From Escherichia coli (GTDB lineage: Bacteria > Pseudomonadota > Gammaproteobacteria > Enterobacterales > Enterobacteriaceae): a stretch of DNA of 64,000 nucleotides. Location: assembly GCA_005400705.1 (NCBI GenBank), contig GCA_005400705.1_4079.1, one strand, 5' to 3'. Shown here piece by piece: positions 18,302 to 28,257 of this stretch. The notes under the pieces were generated by a model. The model made no database searches. It had not been told where the DNA came from and saw only the letters and a list, made by a program, of their open reading frames with translations. The position numbers and the translations under genes are program-made. The number at the start of each line of letters is the position of its first letter. The first letter of the stretch is position 1.

Positions 18302-18894
18302 ATGCAAATAAATGTTGTAGTGCAAATGTGCATTTGTTTTTTAAGAAATTAGCAAATGATATTATATATATGCAGGAAATGATTTATCACAAACGAGCGG
18401 ATTTAGAAAAAGCATTAGTACAGTTCTCATTTATGCTTGATGGTGATATATTTCTAGAGAGTGATGCATTGCGAATAGTATTAGACAAAAATGCTAAAAG
18501 ATTTTTATTTCATATAGATAATAAATTATGTTCCTCCGTATGTCGTACTTTTTATAATCGTGATTCGGACTTATATCAATTCCTTTATTCCAAAGGTGCA
18601 GTAGAAGCATCATATGGTGATGGTTATGCCCTAGGAAAGAGTATTCCATTTATGAAATCATTTAAAATAGAACACATCAGTACTGATGAAGATGCAATGT
18701 TCACAAATGATATAACTATGGGACGTGAAGATGCAATGCGATATATTACAAATTCTATGCATACATTCTTTCAACGAACAGAATTTGATAATGTATATAT
18801 ATCAAATGTAAATATTTTCAATGACCTGTGTCAGTACTTGAGAAGTGTTTGTGACTTCGATGAAAGTTATTGTAAGCTATACACTGAGGTATAA
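18292..18894 (+). CDS. hypothetical protein (degenerate family B-like)
   Basis: 200-aa tiling ORF; weak core DAMFTNDIT. Confidence 0.5.
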   Translation: MSINANKCCSANVHLFFKKLANDIIYMQEMIYHKRADLEKALVQFSFMLDGDIFLESDALRIVLDKNAKRFLFHIDNKLCSSVCRTFYNRDSDLYQFLYSKGAVEASYGDGYALGKSIPFMKSFKIEHISTDEDAMFTNDITMGREDAMRYITNSMHTFFQRTEFDNVYISNVNIFNDLCQYLRSVCDFDESYCKLYTEV

Positions 18895-18899
18895 AACAA

Positions 18900-19262
18900 A
18901 TGAACACATTAAGTATTACATACTATACAACTAAAAAATTAGTTACTTGTTTAATATCTTTGAAGACAAACCATGATGATATGTTTGATATGGCTGCATA
19001 TGAATTAGAATTATCAGAAGATGGCTTCAAGAGCTATGAATTATATAGCTATGTCCGTGAAGATGTAATTGACACTACACTAATGCAAGAGGATGAGTTA
19101 TTCCAAGAAAGTTTAGTATGGGATAATAAGTACGATTGTAACTTTGATTTCTTATGTTTAATCCAGAAAGAAATGAAAAGAATCTTTGATAATTATCCAA
19201 TCAAACGTTTCAGTACTGCACCTGAGCAATATAAAAGGATTATATTCACCTATGAAGATTGA
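18900..19262 (+). CDS. family B protein
   Basis: Core EDELFQESLVWDNKY. Confidence 0.65.
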   Translation: MNTLSITYYTTKKLVTCLISLKTNHDDMFDMAAYELELSEDGFKSYELYSYVREDVIDTTLMQEDELFQESLVWDNKYDCNFDFLCLIQKEMKRIFDNYPIKRFSTAPEQYKRIIFTYED

Positions 19263-19629
19263 ATTTGAAGTTATTACATATAGTATAGGTGATGGTATCC
19301 GTTGCTATGTACAAGCAAGGCATATGGTTCCTGATGATAAACTGTCACCCAAAAGCTTCTGTATCACACAAGATCTCTTAGATATCAACGGAGAGTACAA
19401 GTACATATATTATCTTACTAAGGGTTATTGTAGTACACGTGGTTTTAATATTGTAGCTGTTTCTAGAGATGAAATTGATGATTTAACTGAGTACGGGGAA
19501 GAAGAGATGTTCCAGTACAGTACTGTTTTTAATGAACTGGATGTGTTTCTGTTACGAAAAATACAACACATTATGCAAAAATGTTTGCATCATAAGAGAG
19601 GTATTGTATGCGACGTGAATCTGAATTAG
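19252..19629 (+). CDS. family B protein
   Basis: ATG 19252 overlapping upstream end; core EEEMFQYSTVFN. Confidence 0.6.
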   Translation: MKIEFEVITYSIGDGIRCYVQARHMVPDDKLSPKSFCITQDLLDINGEYKYIYYLTKGYCSTRGFNIVAVSRDEIDDLTEYGEEEMFQYSTVFNELDVFLLRKIQHIMQKCLHHKRGIVCDVNLN

Positions 19630-19949
19630 TTAAAGTAATGTACGCTACTCATATTAAACTACTACTTGTTAAATTTGATTATAATAAAAAACATAATGAT
19701 TTCTATACTTTAATTCGTGATGAAAATACATTCTCCTTGCGATGCAACAATATACCCTTGAAGATAAATGATTTTACTTCACTTGACGAGGGGGAATTAT
19801 TTCAAGAATCATTAGTTTTTAATAGTAATATAAAAATTGATATAGAAGTTATTAAAAAATACCAGATTCTATTGAACAAAATTATGAATTGTTATCCATG
19901 TGAAATAGGTGGTCATATGCAGTTCAAATCAAAAATGTATGAATTATGA
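19608..19949 (+). CDS. family B protein
   Basis: Core EGELFQESLVFN. Confidence 0.65.
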   Translation: MRRESELVKVMYATHIKLLLVKFDYNKKHNDFYTLIRDENTFSLRCNNIPLKINDFTSLDEGELFQESLVFNSNIKIDIEVIKKYQILLNKIMNCYPCEIGGHMQFKSKMYEL

Positions 19950-19956
19950 GGTTTAT

Positions 19957-20493
19957 ATGTTAGATAAAAAAATGAACTCTGGAACCCAATATAATCATCT
20001 TAAGTTGGATACATTCGAATCAGCTATCAGTACAGCACAAGATATAATTGATATTATCAAGTTCATTAAAGAAGATAAGTTCAAATGTTTGAAAATACTA
20101 AATCGTTCAATGTACCGTGATAAAAATATTCATGTATCAGTACGTAGACCGAAAGATCAAGAAAGTGGGAGAGATTTCTATAACAACAGTGAGCAGTTCG
20201 AATGTGAATATGATCCAGAATTTAGAGGTGGTTTCATGTGTTACTGTATGAAGGATACCTCACACATTGAGATACGTTCATCGAAAGGTGGCATACGTAC
20301 ATTAGAGTTTATTGATATAGTTTTAAATCAGGAATACTACTTTCAACTATCATTATTGTTTCCTGCATACGATTTAGGAGTTCTATTCATGTATAAGTAC
20401 TTTTATGAGCACTGGAATGAAGACTTCTATCTGGACTTAGAAGATTACCAATTAGTTTGGAAAGAAATGGTAAAACTTCGCAACCCATCTTGA
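19957..20493 (+). CDS. family B protein
   Basis: ATG 19957 with GAGG upstream; core NQEYYFQLSLLF. Confidence 0.6.
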   Translation: MLDKKMNSGTQYNHLKLDTFESAISTAQDIIDIIKFIKEDKFKCLKILNRSMYRDKNIHVSVRRPKDQESGRDFYNNSEQFECEYDPEFRGGFMCYCMKDTSHIEIRSSKGGIRTLEFIDIVLNQEYYFQLSLLFPAYDLGVLFMYKYFYEHWNEDFYLDLEDYQLVWKEMVKLRNPS

Positions 20494-20519
20494 CACCCTC
20501 CGATTCTTTGTGATATAAT
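20490..20519 (+). promoter_or_regulatory. sigma70-like promoter with extended -10 (TTGACA-18-TGATATAAT)
   Basis: -35 TTGACA 20490-20495, -10 TATAAT 20514-20519 preceded by TGA; the box forms the 5' arm of a 9-bp inverted repeat GTGATATAA / TTATATCAC whose 3' arm abuts ATG 20553. Confidence 0.65.
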
Positions 20520-20552
20520 CTCTTTATATTAATTGTAAAGGGTTATATCACA

Positions 20553-21035
20553 ATGTCCAAAGACCTATCATTTAGCAATGCACAAAAAATCGCACAAAAT
20601 ATCATTAAACTTCATAAGTTCCTTTTAACAGTTAAAGAGAATATAATTCTCCCACGATGCACACTTTATGCGTACAAAAATTATTTGTCAATGAATAGCA
20701 ATTTGTTGCATACTACAGATGAGAATTTCTGTGGTATTCGTGTACTTGACGATGCACCAACAGGGGATTTTATCTCATATTGTTTCCATACATCTGATAG
20801 TTTTAAGTACTATCATCCTAGATTTAATGATGATGAATATGAATATGACACATTTAATGTTAGATCAGAAGAAGAATTCTTCCAGTACAGTACTTTGTAC
20901 AATGAGAGAATCGTGTTTAGTTCTACAATTTTTACAGTACTTAAAGATGAACTCAATGACGCAGATGATAGATTCTATATGGATTTAAACTTCGTAGATG
21001 AAATCATTGAGTACATGGAGAAAAATGGTCTATGA
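20553..21035 (+). CDS. family B protein
   Basis: Core EEEFFQYSTLYN; downstream of promoter. Confidence 0.65.
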   Translation: MSKDLSFSNAQKIAQNIIKLHKFLLTVKENIILPRCTLYAYKNYLSMNSNLLHTTDENFCGIRVLDDAPTGDFISYCFHTSDSFKYYHPRFNDDEYEYDTFNVRSEEEFFQYSTLYNERIVFSSTIFTVLKDELNDADDRFYMDLNFVDEIIEYMEKNGL

Positions 21036-21514
21036 TTACAACAGAATATGATTACGATGGTGTTTTAGAATTTGCATCTAACATTCATCGCATTGCAAAG
21101 GAGTTCAGAAGTCCCCAACCTTTCGGTGGAATGCCTTTTGGTGGAATGTTCCAATATGACCAATTCAGTTCAACCAAAGGAAGACTTGCCTTTAAAAATA
21201 ATAAGGGCAATCAAGTATATGCTGAGTTCTTTGACGATAATGACTTTCACTACAGAGCTGAATATATTTCATATTGTCAAGGGTCTGATTTGAAGATTAA
21301 CATTGATACATTTAGAGATTCAGTGTTTATCCCTTATAGTGAGTTAGTTTTCATGACAGAAGAAATGTACTTCCAAGGGTCTTGTATTCATGATGCAAAA
21401 GTACTTAATGCTATATTACTTTATGGTGCACTACTTCATCATTACAAATACAAACAACGATTCTTTATAGATTTAGTTGTATACCATCAATGCGTGGATT
21501 ATTTGAATGCATAA
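21032..21514 (+). CDS. family B protein
   Basis: Core EEMYFQGSCIHD; ATGA overlap. Confidence 0.65.
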   Translation: MITTEYDYDGVLEFASNIHRIAKEFRSPQPFGGMPFGGMFQYDQFSSTKGRLAFKNNKGNQVYAEFFDDNDFHYRAEYISYCQGSDLKINIDTFRDSVFIPYSELVFMTEEMYFQGSCIHDAKVLNAILLYGALLHHYKYKQRFFIDLVVYHQCVDYLNA

Positions 21515-21869
21515 TACAACAACAATTCAGTACATGACGGATGGCAATGATTGCTTTGCTTCAAGATATGAATTCATCAAGAACCATTTCGTAACCTATA
21601 TCCCTGAATATAATCAGTTTTATCTACAGATTTACCAAAATGATTCATATATGAATGAGATATATTCTGAAATAAAAATCCCTGATTATAGTACTTTATC
21701 AGAAGAGGAATTGTTTCAGGAGAGCACTGTCAATACTGAAGATGTGTACGAACTAATGGAATACCAGAAGGTACTTAAATATTTCCATGAAGTTCAGGAT
21801 ATACAAATGGATAGTGTTAAAACGTGGAATTATAACACATACGAGGTAAATTATGTTCGAAATGATTAA
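21507..21869 (+). CDS. family B protein
   Basis: Core EEELFQESTVN. Confidence 0.65.
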   Translation: MHNTTTIQYMTDGNDCFASRYEFIKNHFVTYIPEYNQFYLQIYQNDSYMNEIYSEIKIPDYSTLSEEELFQESTVNTEDVYELMEYQKVLKYFHEVQDIQMDSVKTWNYNTYEVNYVRND

Positions 21870-22266
21870 AATTATGCAACGATGCATTGTTGACCAACAT
21901 GGAATATATGGATATAGTTTAAGTGCAGCTATTGACAAAAACAAAACAACCTATGTAAGATATAATGCAGTACTTGGATTTGATATATTCATTGATGCTA
22001 ACAATAAAATCAAACAAGCTAAGGATGTGTCTATAATGACCCCTGACGAGTTATTTCAGTACAGCTTAGTTCTGCCCACCTGTATTGATTTACAACGCCT
22101 AGGAGCTATACAGAAGGTTTTACGCGAACATAAAGTACAACCAAATAAAATTACACACATCCCAGAAACATTCTACAAACCAATAGAAGTAGAAACACCT
22201 GATTATATGTTAAGTGATGATGAGTTCTACAAGAAACACTTCCCTGGTAAAGTTTGGAGAGAATAA
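21853..22266 (+). CDS. family B protein
   Basis: Core PDELFQYSLVL. Confidence 0.65.
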   Translation: MFEMIKIMQRCIVDQHGIYGYSLSAAIDKNKTTYVRYNAVLGFDIFIDANNKIKQAKDVSIMTPDELFQYSLVLPTCIDLQRLGAIQKVLREHKVQPNKITHIPETFYKPIEVETPDYMLSDDEFYKKHFPGKVWRE

Positions 22267-22748
22267 TGAACAGAAAGTACAGAGAAACTATGAAGTTCGC
22301 TAAGGAGTGTTTAGAGACAGTTGATTTCATTTTCGATAACAAAGACTCATTGGGTCGCCACTTCGTAATTACAAAGAAAGAAGATAAGAGATACAAATGT
22401 CAACGATTAGGATACAGTATTGAGTTCTCCTTAATGATTGACGGAATGATAAACTCCTTATATGAATGTGGTAAGACTGATTACATTTCATTTAGATCAT
22501 GGAGTGAAGGTATCATGTTCTTGAGAACAAATGGAGTTATATATCCTTTTATTGATGATTTATCAGAAGAAAGTTACTTTCAAAATACTTTAATTTACAC
22601 AGAAAAAGAACTCAAGATGCTATTCATTATGTCGTACTTTAAAAAGTACTGCAAATTTAAATCATTAGCTTTTGAGATTTCTGCAATGAAAGTATTCATT
22701 AAAAATGTAAAAGAATTAAAGAGGATTTACGATGTACATAGAAAATGA
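22266..22748 (+). CDS. family B protein
   Basis: ATG 22266 in TAATG overlap with upstream stop; core EESYFQNTLIY. Confidence 0.6.
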   Translation: MNRKYRETMKFAKECLETVDFIFDNKDSLGRHFVITKKEDKRYKCQRLGYSIEFSLMIDGMINSLYECGKTDYISFRSWSEGIMFLRTNGVIYPFIDDLSEESYFQNTLIYTEKELKMLFIMSYFKKYCKFKSLAFEISAMKVFIKNVKELKRIYDVHRK

Positions 22749-23274
22749 TAATGTAAAATGCATTACTGACATTTGTATAAAATTAATGAAAATTTTCATT
22801 AACCCAAAATACAAGACTCGTTCTTTACGTCATAACATTGATGATCATTGTGTAATTACTATTCTAGGTAGTATGCTTGATGTAAAATACGATGGTAAAT
22901 TGTTATTCGGTGTCCGAGAAGAGAAGATAGATGATGCATTCTTTTCCTGTAAAGATAAATTTGAACCTTCTGATTATAAAGTAATTATTCGTGATGATAG
23001 CATCTACATTAGTAGTGATTATTCAAATTACTTCGATAAAATATACACTGAAAACGTTGACTACCATTATGAAATGATAGATTTACCAGTAACAGACATT
23101 GATATGGAGAGAATCAAATTTTCATTATCAGATAATGAGTACTTAGGTATACAAACATATTATTCACTACAAGGAAAGATTCCACCTGCTATGTATATAA
23201 GGATTGAGATTGGTAATGTATTCAATGATAAGGTTATATCAATTGCTGATAAAATATTGAGGGTTGAATTATGA
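22732..23274 (+). CDS. hypothetical protein (degenerate family B-like)
   Basis: 180-aa tiling ORF; no clean FQ core. Confidence 0.5.
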   Translation: MYIENDNVKCITDICIKLMKIFINPKYKTRSLRHNIDDHCVITILGSMLDVKYDGKLLFGVREEKIDDAFFSCKDKFEPSDYKVIIRDDSIYISSDYSNYFDKIYTENVDYHYEMIDLPVTDIDMERIKFSLSDNEYLGIQTYYSLQGKIPPAMYIRIEIGNVFNDKVISIADKILRVEL

Positions 23275-23834
23275 ATATCAATGATTACCAATTTCATAGG
23301 CTTGAATTTCGTCATTGTGTTGCATTTGCAAAAACATTGATGTGCATCATTGACACTCTTTCATCCAAACAATTTCGTAAGGATAATGATTTATTTCTGA
23401 AAAAAGGTCGTGTAACATCAACTGATATCGGTATTGAACTATTTGTTGATATCAGTGTTGATACCGGAGACAGTACAAGGGTTGGTTGTATAGGTCATAT
23501 TGGTACACATTGCTTCACATGGAATCCAAATACAAGTCAAGTGCGAATTGATTATAGAAATTCACGTTGGGTTGATCTTAGTACTGAATCAGATTTAGAA
23601 TCAGCTATGTTCCAGCTAAGTTTAATTCATAATCCTAATGAACTTCTTTACATTATTACTTTCAGTTATCTGTTACAAAACTACGATAATCCATCAGGGT
23701 TTTTCATGGAATCGGATATAGAAGAAATTATGGCAGTGTTTCCTAGTTTAAAGGATATTCTGGAAGAAAAAGATTTCTATGAAGACTTCAGAGATTTATA
23801 CGACATGCACTTGGAGTTATTTAAGAATGGATAA
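23271..23834 (+). CDS. family B protein
   Basis: Core ESAMFQLSLIHN; ATGA overlap. Confidence 0.65.
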   Translation: MNINDYQFHRLEFRHCVAFAKTLMCIIDTLSSKQFRKDNDLFLKKGRVTSTDIGIELFVDISVDTGDSTRVGCIGHIGTHCFTWNPNTSQVRIDYRNSRWVDLSTESDLESAMFQLSLIHNPNELLYIITFSYLLQNYDNPSGFFMESDIEEIMAVFPSLKDILEEKDFYEDFRDLYDMHLELFKNG

Positions 23835-24345
23835 AGATGATATTCTAATTAGACTAATTAATAGTTTAATAAAGTTCTCAAATAATGATGTCGATACATA
23901 CAAAGTAGGGGATATTGAATTTAAATCATTTGGTATGTACGGTGAGGATAAAACATATTATGCGTCAATGAAATTTCAAGATTTTCACGAGATGTTAATA
24001 TCGTTATCATATGAAGATGTTGATCCAAGATGGAGTTCCAGTATTTCACTATCGAGAATGGTAATTCGTAGTAAGCATCGTTATATTTCGTCAAAGAATA
24101 CTCCTAACTTGATTAATATTGTGTTGAATGAAAATACAAATCCCCTATCTAAACATGATATCGTACCGTTAACCGATGAAGTTCTTTTTCAATTGAGTAC
24201 CATTTGTGATGAAGATGTGATATCATGTATGAAAATTTATGAGAAGGTTGGGAGTGATATTCCCATGAACTATTACCTAACTATAGATGGAACGTACCTT
24301 CGAGATGAGGTTCTAGCGTACATTGACAGTGTTTTACCAAAATAA
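23827..24345 (+). CDS. family B protein
   Basis: ATG 23827 overlapping upstream stop; core DEVLFQLSTICD. Confidence 0.6.
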   Translation: MDKDDILIRLINSLIKFSNNDVDTYKVGDIEFKSFGMYGEDKTYYASMKFQDFHEMLISLSYEDVDPRWSSSISLSRMVIRSKHRYISSKNTPNLINIVLNENTNPLSKHDIVPLTDEVLFQLSTICDEDVISCMKIYEKVGSDIPMNYYLTIDGTYLRDEVLAYIDSVLPK

Positions 24346-24367
24346 AGACCCGTATGGGTCTTTTTGT
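24345..24367 (+). terminator. rho-independent terminator
   Basis: Hairpin GACCC-GTAT-GGGTC followed by TTTTT. Confidence 0.75.
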
Positions 24368-24376
24368 GTTTATGGC

Positions 24377-24405
24377 TTTACAAGAGCATTCAGGTGTGTT
24401 ATACT
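24377..24405 (+). promoter_or_regulatory. sigma70-like promoter (TTTACA-17-TATACT, TG-extended)
   Basis: -35 TTTACA 24377-24382, -10 TATACT 24400-24405 with TG at 24397-24398; sits between terminator and RBS GGAGGA 24423-24428. Confidence 0.55.
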
Positions 24406-24432
24406 TGATTTTAAATAGAGTTGGAGGAATCT

Positions 24433-24999
24433 ATGAGTACTGAATTAATTAAAGAAGTCACATTACTTCTGAAGCATTGTTTTAAGTTCATTCCTGATAC
24501 TGGTTCCCGCCAGTACATTAAAGTCAATGAGAAATATAACATCAATATCCTTGCATCCGAAACTGCAAGCAGTTATGCTAACATTGAGTTGGATTCTGAA
24601 GAAAAATATACAGTATTACAAATCATATCAGATGTACAACGTAAACAAGATTATCGTTCTTCATTTTACAACGATCATCTGTGTGTTTGCTCAAACTTCA
24701 GTGAGAATAAAATTGTGTATACGAATTTATACACACATGAAGTGATTGATACATATAATTATAAAATTTCATCTGATGAATACAATGTTCTAATGTTCAA
24801 CGCAAACCTTTTGTATGATGCCAGTACTGTACGCTGTTTAGAGTTAGCATATAAAATTCCAAAGATCATGGAAAGAAAAGATTTGATTCACTTTAAAACT
24901 ATTTTAAAATACAGTACAAAAGAATTAGAGGATTTAGTACAGGCTCTTAAGAATTTCATTAATGAACATGTACCTGTTAAATTCGAGGATGCACAATGA
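24433..24999 (+). CDS. hypothetical protein (degenerate family B-like)
   Basis: ATG 24433 after GGAGGA; weak core VLMFNANLLYD. Confidence 0.55.
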   Translation: MSTELIKEVTLLLKHCFKFIPDTGSRQYIKVNEKYNINILASETASSYANIELDSEEKYTVLQIISDVQRKQDYRSSFYNDHLCVCSNFSENKIVYTNLYTHEVIDTYNYKISSDEYNVLMFNANLLYDASTVRCLELAYKIPKIMERKDLIHFKTILKYSTKELEDLVQALKNFINEHVPVKFEDAQ

Positions 25000-25580
25000 A
25001 CCATATCAGAACTAAAATTTTGAGACTCATGCATGACATTGCAGAACTTTCAGAGATTCATGACATTACGGAAATTGTTGAATTTGATAATTATCGACTG
25101 AAAATTGAAAACAAATCCAAACATCGTTTTGGTTCAGTTCAGTTGGATGTATATAAAACTTATGAATTTTCTAAAAAAATTAAAAGTTCATGGGATACGA
25201 TTACTATGTACATTCGCACATCCAGAAATCGTGAACGTATTGGTTCTATTTCTTATAATATGGTATTTGCGAATGCATTACATGAAAAAATGAATAAAAT
25301 TGTAGAATCTAATTTCAGTGAAGATGATGGTTTTATTGGTTTGGAAGTTCCACCAGAATTAGACCAAAGTGAAGATATTCGAGATGCATTCATTTTCCAG
25401 AAATCATTGTTGGACAATTACAAAGAATTCGAGTACTTAATGCTTTGTTACGATACTGCAAAAGTTCTTGATTGTGGTGAACTAGTTATGTACAATGATT
25501 TTATCAATTGCAAGACTGATGTTCTGAATACACTACTTCAAAATATAGAATCTGTTAAGGAAAAATATGAACGCTTATAG
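24996..25580 (+). CDS. family B protein
   Basis: Core RDAFIFQKSLLD; ATGA overlap. Confidence 0.65.
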   Translation: MNHIRTKILRLMHDIAELSEIHDITEIVEFDNYRLKIENKSKHRFGSVQLDVYKTYEFSKKIKSSWDTITMYIRTSRNRERIGSISYNMVFANALHEKMNKIVESNFSEDDGFIGLEVPPELDQSEDIRDAFIFQKSLLDNYKEFEYLMLCYDTAKVLDCGELVMYNDFINCKTDVLNTLLQNIESVKEKYERL

Positions 25581-26145
25581 TTATATGACAGAACGCCATC
25601 AGTTATTATATGATATCAGTAAAAAAATGCTATCAATTGTTGGTAGTGCGAAAGAAATTGAAAAACAATCTCTCATCCGTGATGTAGCAATTTCATCTAA
25701 ATGTTGGTCAAATGAATATTACGACCACGGTATTCTTACTATTTCTGGGGCCAGAAATATTTGTATTGTAAAAAATAAAAGTAAAAGTAATGAAGAGTGT
25801 GAGATTAGAACCGATATACAAATTAAGGATGATGGAAGTTTTTCACATCACCCATTCCATATTAGTACTGTTGGTGTTTTATATAATATTAAAGTTCTAT
25901 TCGGTGATGAAGAGTATGTGTTAAAAGCTATCAATCCAGATTCAAGTACAGTTGAAGAAGAACTGTTCCAGATGAGCACTGTTATACCTGAAGAGGTTCT
26001 TAGTACTGTTATTTTTTGTAGTTTAATTTATCATGAATACAAAAAGAACCAGTTCGATTTCCACATGTTAGGAACGTACATCTTCAATAATTTGAATGTA
26101 GATCGTTTAAAAGCATTAAATTCAGCAATGGATAAGGTGCTATAA
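25567..26145 (+). CDS. family B protein
   Basis: Core EEELFQMSTVI. Confidence 0.65.
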   Translation: MNAYSYMTERHQLLYDISKKMLSIVGSAKEIEKQSLIRDVAISSKCWSNEYYDHGILTISGARNICIVKNKSKSNEECEIRTDIQIKDDGSFSHHPFHISTVGVLYNIKVLFGDEEYVLKAINPDSSTVEEELFQMSTVIPEEVLSTVIFCSLIYHEYKKNQFDFHMLGTYIFNNLNVDRLKALNSAMDKVL

Positions 26146-26573
26146 TGACAAGAGATGATTGTTTGTACATATGGGATATAATTGAAACTACACTTTCAAA
26201 TCCAGAAAATTATAAAACACAAAAAAGACAACGACACAAAACATGGATAGATTTGTTCGTTGAGGACATACACGCAGTGACTATTTGGGATTCACCGAGG
26301 ACATCAGCATCTACTCTGTTGGACAATGAATGCATTGATTGTATTAATTCCACTTTTCATCTCCACGGTACTACAATTTTTGGTACATTTCTGGATATTG
26401 AAAGTAAAGATGATATTGATTCACTTGCGTTACAATACCAAGTACTGTATAATACTAAATTAATTTACGATTTAGTACTAGCTTCTTATGTGTATAAATT
26501 AATGATGAAATATAATCATATTTCTGTTTCAGTTTATACTAAGGATATTCTTTCATTAAGAGACAAAACATGA
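26145..26573 (+). CDS. hypothetical protein (degenerate family B-like)
   Basis: Tiling ORF; weak core LALQYQVLYN. Confidence 0.5.
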   Translation: MTRDDCLYIWDIIETTLSNPENYKTQKRQRHKTWIDLFVEDIHAVTIWDSPRTSASTLLDNECIDCINSTFHLHGTTIFGTFLDIESKDDIDSLALQYQVLYNTKLIYDLVLASYVYKLMMKYNHISVSVYTKDILSLRDKT

Positions 26574-27079
26574 GTTTATTAAATGCACGCGAATTGGTTG
26601 AGATGTATGAGATTTTGTCTTCATATAAAAATTCTCATGGAGATGTGATTCTCGACAAAAAGTTCCATGTCAGTGTTGAAAATATATCAAATATAGATAT
26701 GATTTCTTTGGTGGAAAGTAATAAGTCAGGTCTTGAACGCGATATCATGCGTTTGATTTATATTCCCAAACCATCATATACTAATGATAGTTCAATTAGT
26801 AATGAGACATTCATGTATAGTCCTGGTACGGATTCTACTATAGTATCGCTGTCCAATAAATCAATGGGTACTTTCCAATTCATCTATACCAGTACTGATA
26901 ACATTGAAGAAATTGAATTTCAAAACAATACATTAAGTCCATGTAGTAGTGTTATAACCTTTATGTCATATCTATGGTCAACTAAAACAAGTGCTGTTGT
27001 ATATAGTTCAAATTATACACAAGATAGTATTGTTGAATCATATAAAGTTCTAAAGGAATACTATGAAAATAACAAATGA
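26570..27079 (+). CDS. family B protein
   Basis: Core EEIEFQNNTLS; ATGA overlap. Confidence 0.6.
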   Translation: MSLLNARELVEMYEILSSYKNSHGDVILDKKFHVSVENISNIDMISLVESNKSGLERDIMRLIYIPKPSYTNDSSISNETFMYSPGTDSTIVSLSNKSMGTFQFIYTSTDNIEEIEFQNNTLSPCSSVITFMSYLWSTKTSAVVYSSNYTQDSIVESYKVLKEYYENNK

Positions 27080-27644
27080 TTTTATTAAAAGTGTAGTACA
27101 CCCTATGCTTAGTATTATGAAAAAAATACAGAATCTACCGGAAGATAACGATTACAAGTTTAATCGTTTTGATTCAGATGTGTTTTGTATTGAAATTGAA
27201 ATTAATAACAATCGCAATTTACATTTAAAATTCAAAGAATCGTCAAGTCCGTACTACAACTTTGATATGAATTTTAAAATAGATACTGACATTGAAGAAA
27301 ACGTAATATCAAATCATACTAGCAAAAATGGTTTTATGCATAGAACTACTATGTACAATAATAAAAATAGTATTATATCTAAATGGAATCATCAATTCAC
27401 TAAAATTTGTGAAATTGTATATAGTGATTTTGGTGAAGAGAATTACTTTCAGTTAAGTACAATTCATGAACTTCCACCGTATGATTATGTTAAAACATGG
27501 TTTGATATTCATAATATAATTGATGATGCAATCAAACTTCCATTTGGTGTGTCAATATCATATACTGCTCCTAAAACATTTGTTTTTACTGAAGATATGA
27601 TTATGAAAAAGATATGGGCAATTATCCCACTTATGATGGATTAA
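27063..27644 (+). CDS. family B protein
   Basis: Core EENYFQLSTIHE. Confidence 0.65.
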   Translation: MKITNDFIKSVVHPMLSIMKKIQNLPEDNDYKFNRFDSDVFCIEIEINNNRNLHLKFKESSSPYYNFDMNFKIDTDIEENVISNHTSKNGFMHRTTMYNNKNSIISKWNHQFTKICEIVYSDFGEENYFQLSTIHELPPYDYVKTWFDIHNIIDDAIKLPFGVSISYTAPKTFVFTEDMIMKKIWAIIPLMMD

Positions 27645-27658
27645 ATTCGTACCAGGGG

Positions 27659-27688
27659 TTGACTCTGGTATTTTTGTATGATACATTG
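27659..27688 (+). promoter_or_regulatory. possible promoter (TTGACT-18-TACATT)
   Basis: -35 TTGACT 27659-27664 and -10-like TACATT 27683-27688 in the 60-nt gap before RBS AAGGAG. Confidence 0.3.
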
Positions 27689-27705
27689 TCCTAAAGGAGA
27701 ATTTT

Positions 27706-28257
27706 ATGAACTACAATCATGATCTTTTTACATTATGTGCATCCAAATGTGTTGATGGATGGACAGATAAAATCAATACCATAATTCATCGATATCTGGT
27801 CTTTAGTTCTCGTGCACGAAGTGAGGGGGCTATGGATTTCAAATATACACTATCTATTGATGGTGTAACTATCCATGCAGACGAAGAACGTCTGAGCATT
27901 AATTTGTATGATTCCTGTGTATTTGCTATTCACCAAAAGATGGGGAAAGGATGGGGTTGTAATAACATTAACTCAAAAGCTATCTTTTGGGTTGGTCACC
28001 ACCAGACAGTACTTGATCCTTCAATCAAATCTAATCTTTTATCCGATAATATGGTTTATGATTTATTGTACTCCGAAGAACAACATTTTCAGTTAAGTAC
28101 ATTACATGATCTGGCACAGTACGAGGATTGTTACAAAACATTAGAACTATGCCATTCCCTTGAACTTAAAGATAAATTGATACAAGTTTACCCTTCATTC
28201 TTTCATGAAGAAGTACAAAGTACACTAGATCATATTTTATATGGATACGATAAATGA
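27706..28257 (+). CDS. family B protein
   Basis: RBS AAGGAG; core EEQHFQLSTLHD. Confidence 0.65.
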   Translation: MNYNHDLFTLCASKCVDGWTDKINTIIHRYLVFSSRARSEGAMDFKYTLSIDGVTIHADEERLSINLYDSCVFAIHQKMGKGWGCNNINSKAIFWVGHHQTVLDPSIKSNLLSDNMVYDLLYSEEQHFQLSTLHDLAQYEDCYKTLELCHSLELKDKLIQVYPSFFHEEVQSTLDHILYGYDK

